DNA of 64,000 nt, taken from the NCBI GenBank assembly GCA_036275695.1, contig DASUDI010000021.1, positions 5,311-69,310 of the forward strand. Reading direction: 5' to 3'. The notes below the pieces were generated by a model. It was given only the letters and a program-made list of their open reading frames with translations, made no database searches and was not told the DNA's origin. The translations under genes were made by a program, and so were the position numbers. This document shows positions 10,167 to 17,974 of this stretch, piece by piece (the first letter of the stretch is position 1; each line of letters begins with the position of its first letter). Origin of the DNA: Minisyncoccota bacterium (GTDB lineage: Bacteria > Patescibacteriota > Minisyncoccia > Phycocordibacterales > UBA918).

Positions 10167-10731
10167 GAATGAAGTTTTTATATTCTGCAAATACAGCATT
10201 AAATTCTGAAAGTATGGGATTTCTCAATCTTCGATTGAGTGCGTTACTTAATTCTTGGTAATAATGAATGCGCTCATCGTGTTGGGTCCCGTACTCTGAT
10301 ATAAACCCAGTGTAGTCATTGATGTACTCTTCAATAATTGAGCGCATAGTATGAATCTTCCCTGCCGCAAGAACCATGAGTGCTTCGTCGGGAGCGATTT
10401 TTAATTGTTTAAAAAATTCCTTGCGCTGCTCATTGCGTCCACGAGTATCATCAGAGGTAAGTGGTGGTTCGGTTATGCTCTCAACGATATGCGTAACAGT
10501 TGGTCCAAAATCATCAGTCATTTCCTCACGTGAGTAATCAGTGTTATGCAATGTTTCGTGCAACAAGGCAGAAACAATTGTGTGCTCATCCTCCGTATAG
10601 TCAGCAATAATCATTGCAGTTGCAAATAGATGCGTGATATATGGATAAGGGACTGAACCCTTGCGCACCTGCCCCGCGTGGAGTACTGATGCAGCCCGAA
10701 TGGCTTGTTCTACTGGGAAAGTGTACCGCAT
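10135..10731 (-). CDS. Mesh1/small alarmone hydrolase-like HD-domain protein with degenerate active site
   Basis: HAGQVRK..PYITH scaffold of RelA/SpoT-type HD domains; HD motif reads HE. Confidence 0.75.
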   Translation of the reverse strand: MRYTFPVEQAIRAASVLHAGQVRKGSVPYPYITHLFATAMIIADYTEDEHTIVSALLHETLHNTDYSREEMTDDFGPTVTHIVESITEPPLTSDDTRGRNEQRKEFFKQLKIAPDEALMVLAAGKIHTMRSIIEEYINDYTGFISEYGTQHDERIHYYQELSNALNRRLRNPILSEFNAVFAEYKNFIHDIKEQSETY

Positions 10732-10732
10732 A

Positions 10733-11017
10733 CTATGTGAGTGTTTTGAAATTTGTCTTTCGCTCTCTTTCAAGGATTCGTTTTTTAACAACTGATCCGC
10801 CCCTATTATACCCACCTAGGGTACCATTTGCACGTATAACACGATGGCATGGGATATTTGGGTTAAAATTCGCGCTCATGATGCGTGCAACCGCACGCGC
10901 CGCGTGAGGATTGCCTGCCAAAATAGAGACCTCTTTATAACTCTTTGTGTGACCTGCGGGGATTGAGGCAACGATTTCGAGCACGTGTGATTTAAAATCA
11001 TTTTTTGCGTTGCGCAT
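10733..11017 (-). CDS. O6-methylguanine-DNA methyltransferase family protein (single domain)
   Basis: IPAGHTKSY, AARAVA and active-site IPCHRVI motifs; start MRNAKND at 11017. Confidence 0.88.
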   Translation of the reverse strand: MRNAKNDFKSHVLEIVASIPAGHTKSYKEVSILAGNPHAARAVARIMSANFNPNIPCHRVIRANGTLGGYNRGGSVVKKRILERERKTNFKTLT

Positions 11018-11783
11018 ATATTTTCTGTAACTTTTTACCAGCTGCTTCACGATAGGGACAGAACTCACAGGATTCACCCACTTTAGGAAATATATCACAT
11101 TCAAGGCATGATTTAATATCGCTCAGGGTTTGTTCAATCCATAGATAGTCACCTTCACAGGGGACAAGTGTAGTCTTGAAGTGGAGGGTGTCATCAAATG
11201 AATCATAGTCAGTCCGCGCGTTTGCGTATACAAAATACCCTGTTTTTTCGACATCAAATCCATTTTTCATGAGAAGCCATTGGTACACACCAATCTGCCT
11301 CCTATACTGCTCCTCCCATGATGAATCAGCAAGTGTCTCGATGGATCCCTCCTTTGATGTTGCTTTATAATCAACCACAATGAGTTTGCCCGTGTCATTG
11401 ACCCAAATATCATCAACAGCTCCTGATACTGTGAACCCTGTATTGTCGTGCTTGTGCTCAAGTCCCAAAAAATTATCTCTCCATACCGGTAATTCGGGAT
11501 GTGCAAATGGTCTCGCATGTACACCATATGCTTGCATGATGGGATGTTGTGTCTCGTTTTTACGATGCACATCAAACTCTTTTTTAAACAATTCATCAAC
11601 GGCAACATTTAGGGTAAATGCAGGTCCTCGCGGTCGAGCGGTACCGAGTTTGTTGTCAAGGTAAAAACATCTCGGACATTCAATGTACAAATCTATTTTT
11701 GATCGAGAAAGGCGCCACTTCGGCCCCCCATAATTCCAGTCACTATTTCTGTTTGGATTATATTTTTTAGTAAAAGTTGCCAT
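10998..11783 (-). CDS. PD-(D/E)XK nuclease family protein (Cas4/AddB-like, 4 Cys)
   Basis: LSRSKI..CPRC, GAVDD..VVDYK, QIGVY and C-terminal CEFC. Confidence 0.8.
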   Translation of the reverse strand: MATFTKKYNPNRNSDWNYGGPKWRLSRSKIDLYIECPRCFYLDNKLGTARPRGPAFTLNVAVDELFKKEFDVHRKNETQHPIMQAYGVHARPFAHPELPVWRDNFLGLEHKHDNTGFTVSGAVDDIWVNDTGKLIVVDYKATSKEGSIETLADSSWEEQYRRQIGVYQWLLMKNGFDVEKTGYFVYANARTDYDSFDDTLHFKTTLVPCEGDYLWIEQTLSDIKSCLECDIFPKVGESCEFCPYREAAGKKLQKIYAQRKK

Positions 11784-11812
11784 TTGTAAATTATACCACG
11801 AAGATATGACTT

Positions 11813-11844
11813 ACAAAAAAATCTCCGTATGGAGATTTTTTTGT
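11813..11844. terminator. Intrinsic terminator-like hairpin
   Basis: ACAAAAAAATCTCC-gtat-GGAGATTTTTTTGT, perfect 14-bp inverted repeat just downstream of the 11865-12392 gene. Confidence 0.75.
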
Positions 11845-11864
11845 GCGCATGATACATCAAATAT

Positions 11865-12392
11865 TTACGTTGCGGAGAAGGTAGTTGCAATTCCTTCAAT
11901 TACCACATCATCGCTGAGGCTGAAAGTCATATCGCCACCATTGGTGAAGAATACAACCTGGTAGCGTGAACCTGCGGTAGTTCCACGAATAAGTTCAATT
12001 GTTGTGGGTGTAAGCCCTGTTGTTGTGTCGAAACGAGCGGCTCCGAGGATATTACCTGCGGTGTCGTCATTAAACTCACGAACAACTACCCAACCCTTTT
12101 CTGTTGGAAGTGAAAGTGATTTAAGCGTAATTACACTACCTGCTGGTTGGTCATCGACAATTACTGAGCCCTCACCGACTTTAACGTTGGTATCACTTTT
12201 TACTGTGTCAGATTTCGCTTCTGGTTCCTGTGTACTCTTCACCTCTTCCGCTGACTGATCATCGCTATTTTCAGGCGCAGTCACATTTTCAGGTGATGAT
12301 GAAAAGACCCATACAAGTAATCCTCCAATGAGAAGACCTGATACAAACGCAACAACTGTCTTTTGACTCTCCTGCTTCTCTACCTCTGTCAT
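11865..12392 (-). CDS. Membrane-anchored hypothetical protein (acidic linker plus small beta domain)
   Basis: TM VVAFVSGLLIGGLLVWVF, acidic linker, DDQPAG..GWVVV..GNILGA domain. Confidence 0.75.
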   Translation of the reverse strand: MTEVEKQESQKTVVAFVSGLLIGGLLVWVFSSSPENVTAPENSDDQSAEEVKSTQEPEAKSDTVKSDTNVKVGEGSVIVDDQPAGSVITLKSLSLPTEKGWVVVREFNDDTAGNILGAARFDTTTGLTPTTIELIRGTTAGSRYQVVFFTNGGDMTFSLSDDVVIEGIATTFSAT

Positions 12393-12509
12393 ATGTATGA
12401 AATACTTACCTTATGTGCTTCTTATAACATTTTGATTATATCACGCTAAAATATCCTTAAAATACAGGAACTACATTCGACGAGATATGCGGTTTTGTGT
12501 CAAAAACTA

Positions 12510-13337
12510 TTATTTTGAGCCACAAAGTGCTGATGCTTCACGGAGTACAGCATCAAACTTGGCATTTGACAAATGGAGTGTATGGAGCAGATGTGGTTTC
12601 CGCACAATGTCAGCACAGAGGATGGTCCCCTGTTTCAAAAGTGTTTGTTTTTGGTTATTAGAAATGTGCGTCAAGACCGTAATGGGATATAATCCGCTAC
12701 GTTCAATTTTATCTCTGAGCGAGTTATGTTTAGGGTAATTCCAACTGAGTAGATTGATGCCGGCACACTCAGCATATTTTGTCGCCGCGAGCGTAAACTT
12801 TGTATTGGTGACAACATACAATGAGACAATGCCACACACATCATCCTTACACACTTGCAAGGATTGTAGATCAAGAAAACGAGCGTATGAATACATTGCC
12901 ACTTGAAGATCTGATTTTATGCCCGGTTGCGCGTGATATTTTGCTTCAGCAACGAAACTGTGCTCAGGAGAGTATCCTGCGACGTCAATTTCATGCACCG
13001 CACACTTCCCTTTTATCATGAGTCGCTGTTTCGTCTTGTATCCCTCGGATTGAAATACACGACCAAGATAGTCTTCAAAAGCAAATCCACTTGGTCCCAG
13101 CGCAAAAATTGCACGTCTCATTGAGTATTTGGCCGCAACGGGATCCTCGCTATTTCGTAATAATTCAAATGCCCTTCGATAAATGTGCTGCGTGGTCATA
13201 CCCTCCGTTAATTCAGATTCAATGGTATGAACAATATTTTGAACCTCGCTCTGACTCGCACCCGCACCACGAAGTGAAGAGATTAGTTTTTGTGGTCTAA
13301 AATCTTCAGTATTTCCATCTGCTTTGATTATTTTCAT
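12510..13337 (-). CDS. ATP-cone domain fused to Mrr-like restriction-endonuclease-fold domain
   Basis: MKIIKADGNTEDFRPQKLISSL (ATP cone), GFAFEDYL..EIDV..EAKYH (PD-(D/E)XK), LLSWNYP; start 13337 follows a TGcTATACT box. Confidence 0.8.
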   Translation of the reverse strand: MKIIKADGNTEDFRPQKLISSLRGAGASQSEVQNIVHTIESELTEGMTTQHIYRRAFELLRNSEDPVAAKYSMRRAIFALGPSGFAFEDYLGRVFQSEGYKTKQRLMIKGKCAVHEIDVAGYSPEHSFVAEAKYHAQPGIKSDLQVAMYSYARFLDLQSLQVCKDDVCGIVSLYVVTNTKFTLAATKYAECAGINLLSWNYPKHNSLRDKIERSGLYPITVLTHISNNQKQTLLKQGTILCADIVRKPHLLHTLHLSNAKFDAVLREASALCGSK

Positions 13338-13369
13338 GTTCACACAGTATAGCACGCACAAAGTGGAGG

Positions 13370-14455
13370 TCACATATTCTCAGTTTCAATACTGTCAATT
13401 ATGCCACCACCAATACATTGCGTTTCTTTGTACCAGACACAGGACTGTCCTAGTGAAGGAAGTTCGACATGGTTGTTGGGTAATGTAACCCGAGCGGTGG
13501 TCTCTCCTGTGCGTGTGAGCGTGATAGGAAAAGGCTTTTGTCGGTATCGAAATTGAGCGGTGTATGAATTGGTATCAAGCTCACTAATAAAGTTACATTC
13601 AGTAAGTAGTACTACGGCGCCGTCGCGGAGATGTACCGGCGCAGTTCCTGCGGTAATGGTATTACGTTCTATGTCACGTGAAATGACATAGTGTGCACTT
13701 TCTGAGGCGCTCTGCGCGTGAATCCTAAAACCTTGTCGCTGCCCGAGTGTGTAAAAAAGCGCCCCATCGTGCGTACCTATAACATTTCCCTTTTCATCAA
13801 CCACATCACCAGGTTGCACGTCAATGTAGTGTGAGAGAAAGTCTTTCATATCTATTTCACCCAGAAAGCAAACACCCTGACTGTCTCCCTTTTTGTGAGT
13901 TGCAAGACCTACGTGTTCAGCTTCACTGCGTACATGTTGCTTTACCGTATCACCGACCGGAAAGATCGTACGCTCAAGTTGTCCTTGCGTGAGTGTCCAA
14001 AGAAAATACGACTGATCTTTGTCTGTGTCTACACCACGGTGTAACTGAAAGGCACCCCCGTGTTCGATTACCCGCGCGTAGTGCCCTGTTGCAATTTTTG
14101 TAGCACCATATGAAGACGCAAAATCAAGAAACGTACCGAATTTCACATACTTGTTACACATAACGTCAGGATTAGGTGTCCTACCTTTGCGGTACTCATC
14201 AATCATATACATCGCAACAGCATCGCGATAATTTTCCACGGCGTCACAGGTATAAAATGGAATACCCAGGTGGGCGGCTACACGCATAGCGTCAAGTCGT
14301 TCTGCTTGCCAGGTACAACGAATAAAATCAGGTTGCCACGTCTTTATGAACACACCAATGACATTGTATCCAGCATTGAGAAGTCTTTGTGCTGCCACAC
14401 TTGAATCAACTCCCCCTGAAAGTCCGACACACACCGTATCTTTTGCATTGCTCAT
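13370..14455 (-). CDS. mnmA: tRNA 2-thiouridine(34) synthase MnmA
   Basis: SGGVDS, TPNPDVMCN, ATGHYA, KDQSYFL and DSQGVCF motifs. Confidence 0.96.
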   Translation of the reverse strand: MSNAKDTVCVGLSGGVDSSVAAQRLLNAGYNVIGVFIKTWQPDFIRCTWQAERLDAMRVAAHLGIPFYTCDAVENYRDAVAMYMIDEYRKGRTPNPDVMCNKYVKFGTFLDFASSYGATKIATGHYARVIEHGGAFQLHRGVDTDKDQSYFLWTLTQGQLERTIFPVGDTVKQHVRSEAEHVGLATHKKGDSQGVCFLGEIDMKDFLSHYIDVQPGDVVDEKGNVIGTHDGALFYTLGQRQGFRIHAQSASESAHYVISRDIERNTITAGTAPVHLRDGAVVLLTECNFISELDTNSYTAQFRYRQKPFPITLTRTGETTARVTLPNNHVELPSLGQSCVWYKETQCIGGGIIDSIETENM

Positions 14456-14481
14456 GCGCGCATCATAAATGATAAAAAGCC

Positions 14482-15471
14482 TTACTTCAAGTATAATTTT
14501 TTATTACGCACATGTTCTTCAAATGTCTTTGCGTAATAAAAATACCCATCGTCTCCCGTGAGGTAGAAGTAATCATCACTTTTTATGGGATTGAGTGTGG
14601 CGTCAATTGCCATGATACCAGGATTTGCAATGGGTGTGGGTGGAAGTCCTTTGTATAGGTACGTATTGTACGGTGAATCGACCGCAAGATCATCGATGGT
14701 AAGTTCCGCACTTGTCTTTTTGAGAAAGTAGGTAAGTGTCGCGTCAACTTGTAGTGGCATGTTTGCGTTGAGGCGGTTGTGGAGTATTCCCGAGACCCTA
14801 CGCATAGACGTCTCATCATTTGCTTCTCGTTCGAGAATTGACGCAAAGGTGAGCACCTCGTGTGTCGTGAGTCCTGATGATGCGATTTGTTCACGTAGTG
14901 GGATAAGTGCCTCATGCATGGTATCAGTGAGTATTTTCAAGATATCTGTAACGCTCATAGTGTTCGCAATGTAGTATGTGTCTGGAAAGAGATATCCTTC
15001 ATACTCTGCGTGGTCGATTGTATCGAAAGTTCCATGATAGCCTTCTGGAAAATACTTTTGAATGTCTTGCACGCTGAAACCCTCCGGGAGTGTGAGTATG
15101 AGGCTTGGTGTGTAGTACTCGCCCGCTATAAGCGCCCGCGCGACACGATATGATGAAATTGGATGCGTAAAAATATAATTTCCTGCTTGAACATGAATAT
15201 CACGCGCATGTAATCGGAGTTGGAATCTGAGAAGTAGCGGTGAGCGTATAATTTTTTTCTCGGCAAGAATATGAGCAACCTCCCGTTGTGACGCGCCCTC
15301 AGGAATTTCTATGGAAATGTGCGTGGGGAACTCCCGAGGTGATGTATTAGTGCTCCTAAGTATAAGCAAGCATACCGTTATAATGAGTACAAAAAAAAGA
15401 ACACCCGCGAAAATTTTTTTACGTGAGGGAATTTTATGATGCTGTTGCAAAAAATCAGTATGTAACTCCAT
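14482..15471 (-). CDS. mltG: Endolytic transglycosylase MltG
   Basis: N-terminal TM, EGYLFPDTY, ASILERE, LQVDAT and SPYNTY..GLPPTPIANPG. Confidence 0.94.
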   Translation of the reverse strand: MELHTDFLQQHHKIPSRKKIFAGVLFFVLIITVCLLILRSTNTSPREFPTHISIEIPEGASQREVAHILAEKKIIRSPLLLRFQLRLHARDIHVQAGNYIFTHPISSYRVARALIAGEYYTPSLILTLPEGFSVQDIQKYFPEGYHGTFDTIDHAEYEGYLFPDTYYIANTMSVTDILKILTDTMHEALIPLREQIASSGLTTHEVLTFASILEREANDETSMRRVSGILHNRLNANMPLQVDATLTYFLKKTSAELTIDDLAVDSPYNTYLYKGLPPTPIANPGIMAIDATLNPIKSDDYFYLTGDDGYFYYAKTFEEHVRNKKLYLK

Positions 15472-15473
15472 AG

Positions 15474-16793
15474 TTAGCCAACGGGAAGATTTGAGGGTGC
15501 TTCTGATCGTTTTGAAGGAATGCGATTAAGTGTTGGTGTGGTGACTACCTTTCCAGGAAAATGAAAGATGGTTGCAAGCTCTTCGGTAGTAAGTACTTTT
15601 TTGGTGTCTGCTCCACTATAATTTTCGTACGCTCGTCGTTTGTGTCGATCGAGTTCTTCCTCCTTCCATTTTAAGGAATTTCGCTCACCTCTATCTTGCC
15701 ACCACTTCCAATCAACGCCTGAGCGCCACCGCACCCCAATGGCATTACGGTTGAGGTCATCGTATGTGCGCCACATGGTATTCATCGCGCCAATTCTCTC
15801 TCCAGGTTGAAAGTTTTCTTTTTGAGCGAGATAAATACCGCGAATCGCTGTATTGAAAGCTGGCTTCGCAAGACTCCGCTCTATTGCTTTTACGGTGTCA
15901 CGTTCTGTGTCGGTGAGTAACTGCATTGCATTTCCCTTTGTCTCCGCGCCAGCACGCTTGACTGCGTTTTCGATAATTTTTTTAATTTCATCACGCGCGG
16001 GCCCGGTCCAATCAGATGTTTTATGGAGCGATCCTTCTTTAAACGTCATGGCACGATTTGCGTCAATGAGTATCTGAATCCACATGTACTCGCCCTGACC
16101 TATTGATCCAAGGGTCTCAAGGACTGTGGCAATTGGATCAACCTTCTCTTCCTCCTTCGGCATATCCTTGAGTCCGTAATCAATGTATGTCTTGATAGGA
16201 TACGCGTCCGCTTTTTTAAGACCATAATGAAATACCATCATAGAGTATTTTTTAGGATTCCACGGTATCTCTGCGGTATAATCAATATCGAGCTCGTATA
16301 CCTCTATACCAGGATATTGTGCATATAGTTGTGTCTCGATAAGATTTTTAAATTTCTTTTTTGGTGTATTAATATAAAATGAAACTTCACCATGACGCGA
16401 GACTATTTCCAGACCATACGTTGGAGGTTTTTTTCCATCAATATACGTTTCTATATGATTATCAGGACCTGCAGTCTGATGCATTTGAACGAGCACAAGT
16501 TCCATCGCTTCTGGTGATTTAAGAATTTCTTGTGGTAGTCGAATTTCAAGAGTGGTGCGACCTTGCGCCCAGTCAAATTCTTTTCGTACGTAATCAAGCC
16601 ATGCCTCAAAAAAAAGAAAAAAAAGTGTAAAAGGGAGCCATACAGGGGCGGTGGCGACAATAAATCCGAGTGACTCAGTGGGGACATCAATAAAATTTAC
16701 AAATACAAATACCATTAGGAGAATACCAAAAAGCGCAAGTATGTATTTACTGTCTATGCCAAACCCCTCAAAAAATTTTAGAAATGCGTCCAT
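15474..16793 (-). CDS. Membrane protein resembling the non-ATPase N-terminal region of CPR TraG/VirD4-like ATPases
   Basis: Two N-terminal TMs; LEIRLP..SPEAME, QLYAQYP, YPIKTY, EELATIFHFP and APSNLP motifs; no Walker A. Confidence 0.55.
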   Translation of the reverse strand: MDAFLKFFEGFGIDSKYILALFGILLMVFVFVNFIDVPTESLGFIVATAPVWLPFTLFFLFFEAWLDYVRKEFDWAQGRTTLEIRLPQEILKSPEAMELVLVQMHQTAGPDNHIETYIDGKKPPTYGLEIVSRHGEVSFYINTPKKKFKNLIETQLYAQYPGIEVYELDIDYTAEIPWNPKKYSMMVFHYGLKKADAYPIKTYIDYGLKDMPKEEEKVDPIATVLETLGSIGQGEYMWIQILIDANRAMTFKEGSLHKTSDWTGPARDEIKKIIENAVKRAGAETKGNAMQLLTDTERDTVKAIERSLAKPAFNTAIRGIYLAQKENFQPGERIGAMNTMWRTYDDLNRNAIGVRWRSGVDWKWWQDRGERNSLKWKEEELDRHKRRAYENYSGADTKKVLTTEELATIFHFPGKVVTTPTLNRIPSKRSEAPSNLPVG

Positions 16794-16807
16794 GTCTTTA
16801 TTTTACT

Positions 16808-16848
16808 AGAAACCCCCAGAAAAACCGAAGGTTTTTCTGGGGGTTTCT
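16808..16848. terminator. Strong hairpin, probable terminator
   Basis: Perfect 19-bp inverted repeat AGAAACCCCCAGAAAAACC-gaa-GGTTTTTCTGGGGGTTTCT downstream of the 16864 stop. Confidence 0.8.
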
Positions 16849-16863
16849 CTGATATAGATGCAT

Positions 16864-17889
16864 CTACGCAACAAGGATGTAGTTACCATCTGGTAACCTC
16901 TTAAAGAGAGTTGTGTCTTGAAGGTTTACAATAATAGTGTTGTCCTTAACGTAACGTTCGCGGCGCACTTTATCAATAATCTCCTCACGTGTCAGTGGCC
17001 CATGAGTTTGGAGCACATCGCGAAGTACGTCTTTTACAACTCCCGCAGAGTACCCCCATTCTGTGAGCGCGTATAAACCTCTTCCCACAAGCACAAATCG
17101 CTCATCTTTGATGAGTTCATTATGAGTAGTAGCAACGTGTGCCTTTTTTTCAAAAAGTGATTTGATTGAGTCCGCAACTTCCTTAAAGTGCATGGGTGAA
17201 CCATGACGTTTTACCGCGAGATACGCATAGTCTCTGATACCTTTCGCACGTACATTAGGACTCGATGCGTGACCCCACTCACCAAGCGGATTTTTATCAA
17301 TTTGTTTAGAAATGCTGAGCCATCGCTTAAATATTGCTTCATCGCGATAGCACTCCTCAACCTCTCCAAGCTCGTGCTTCAATCGCGCAATAATCTCTTC
17401 TTCTGTTATGAGGTCATCTTCACTAAGTGAGTCAAAAATATTTTTGAGCGCTTTCTCTACGGTGCCAGAGAGCTTTTGTTCCAAGCACCATCGATAGTTA
17501 AACGAGCTGTCTTCCTTGATGCGACGAAATGGCTCACCAACCATAAGAATGAAAAAAAGATGATTTCGTAGTGAAGAATCTTTCGTAAGTTCGTCAAAAA
17601 GCGCTTTCTCATTTACTACGCCTCCAAGCTGTTGAATTGCGTCCTTGAGTTCCTCAAACGTATGAGTAAACTCGCGGTATACCGATGACTTCTGAATAGA
17701 CTGAATACCGTAATTTTCGATCTGACGCACTCGCTCACGGGTGATGCCATATATCTTTCCAATTGCTTCAAGTGTTTGTGATTCAGAGTTGGCGCCAAGT
17801 CCGTACCTCTTTTCGAGAACATCTCGCGCTCTGTCGGGAAGAACAGAAAGAAGTTTCTTCGTCACCTGTTTTGGTTTGAATGTGATCAT
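16864..17889 (-). CDS. Sigma-70 region 4 HTH plus HARE-HTH (RpoE/delta-like) winged-helix protein
   Basis: RYGLG..TLEAIGKIYGITRERVRQIE at the N-terminus, HNELIKDERFVLVGRGLYALTEW later; start uncertain (17889-17943). Confidence 0.75.
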   Translation of the reverse strand: MITFKPKQVTKKLLSVLPDRARDVLEKRYGLGANSESQTLEAIGKIYGITRERVRQIENYGIQSIQKSSVYREFTHTFEELKDAIQQLGGVVNEKALFDELTKDSSLRNHLFFILMVGEPFRRIKEDSSFNYRWCLEQKLSGTVEKALKNIFDSLSEDDLITEEEIIARLKHELGEVEECYRDEAIFKRWLSISKQIDKNPLGEWGHASSPNVRAKGIRDYAYLAVKRHGSPMHFKEVADSIKSLFEKKAHVATTHNELIKDERFVLVGRGLYALTEWGYSAGVVKDVLRDVLQTHGPLTREEIIDKVRRERYVKDNTIIVNLQDTTLFKRLPDGNYILVA

Positions 17890-17974
17890 AAATTCTTTCA
17901 TCAAAATATCCATCTTTTTATCACAGTATTTTTCTGTCGTCAAGTTTTTAATAACTCAGTCAGATTGTACCAGT

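Noticed and set aside
10998-11783. CRISPR-Cas locus suggested by the Cas4-like nuclease
   Set aside because: No repeat-spacer array and no cas1, cas2 or effector genes seen in the window
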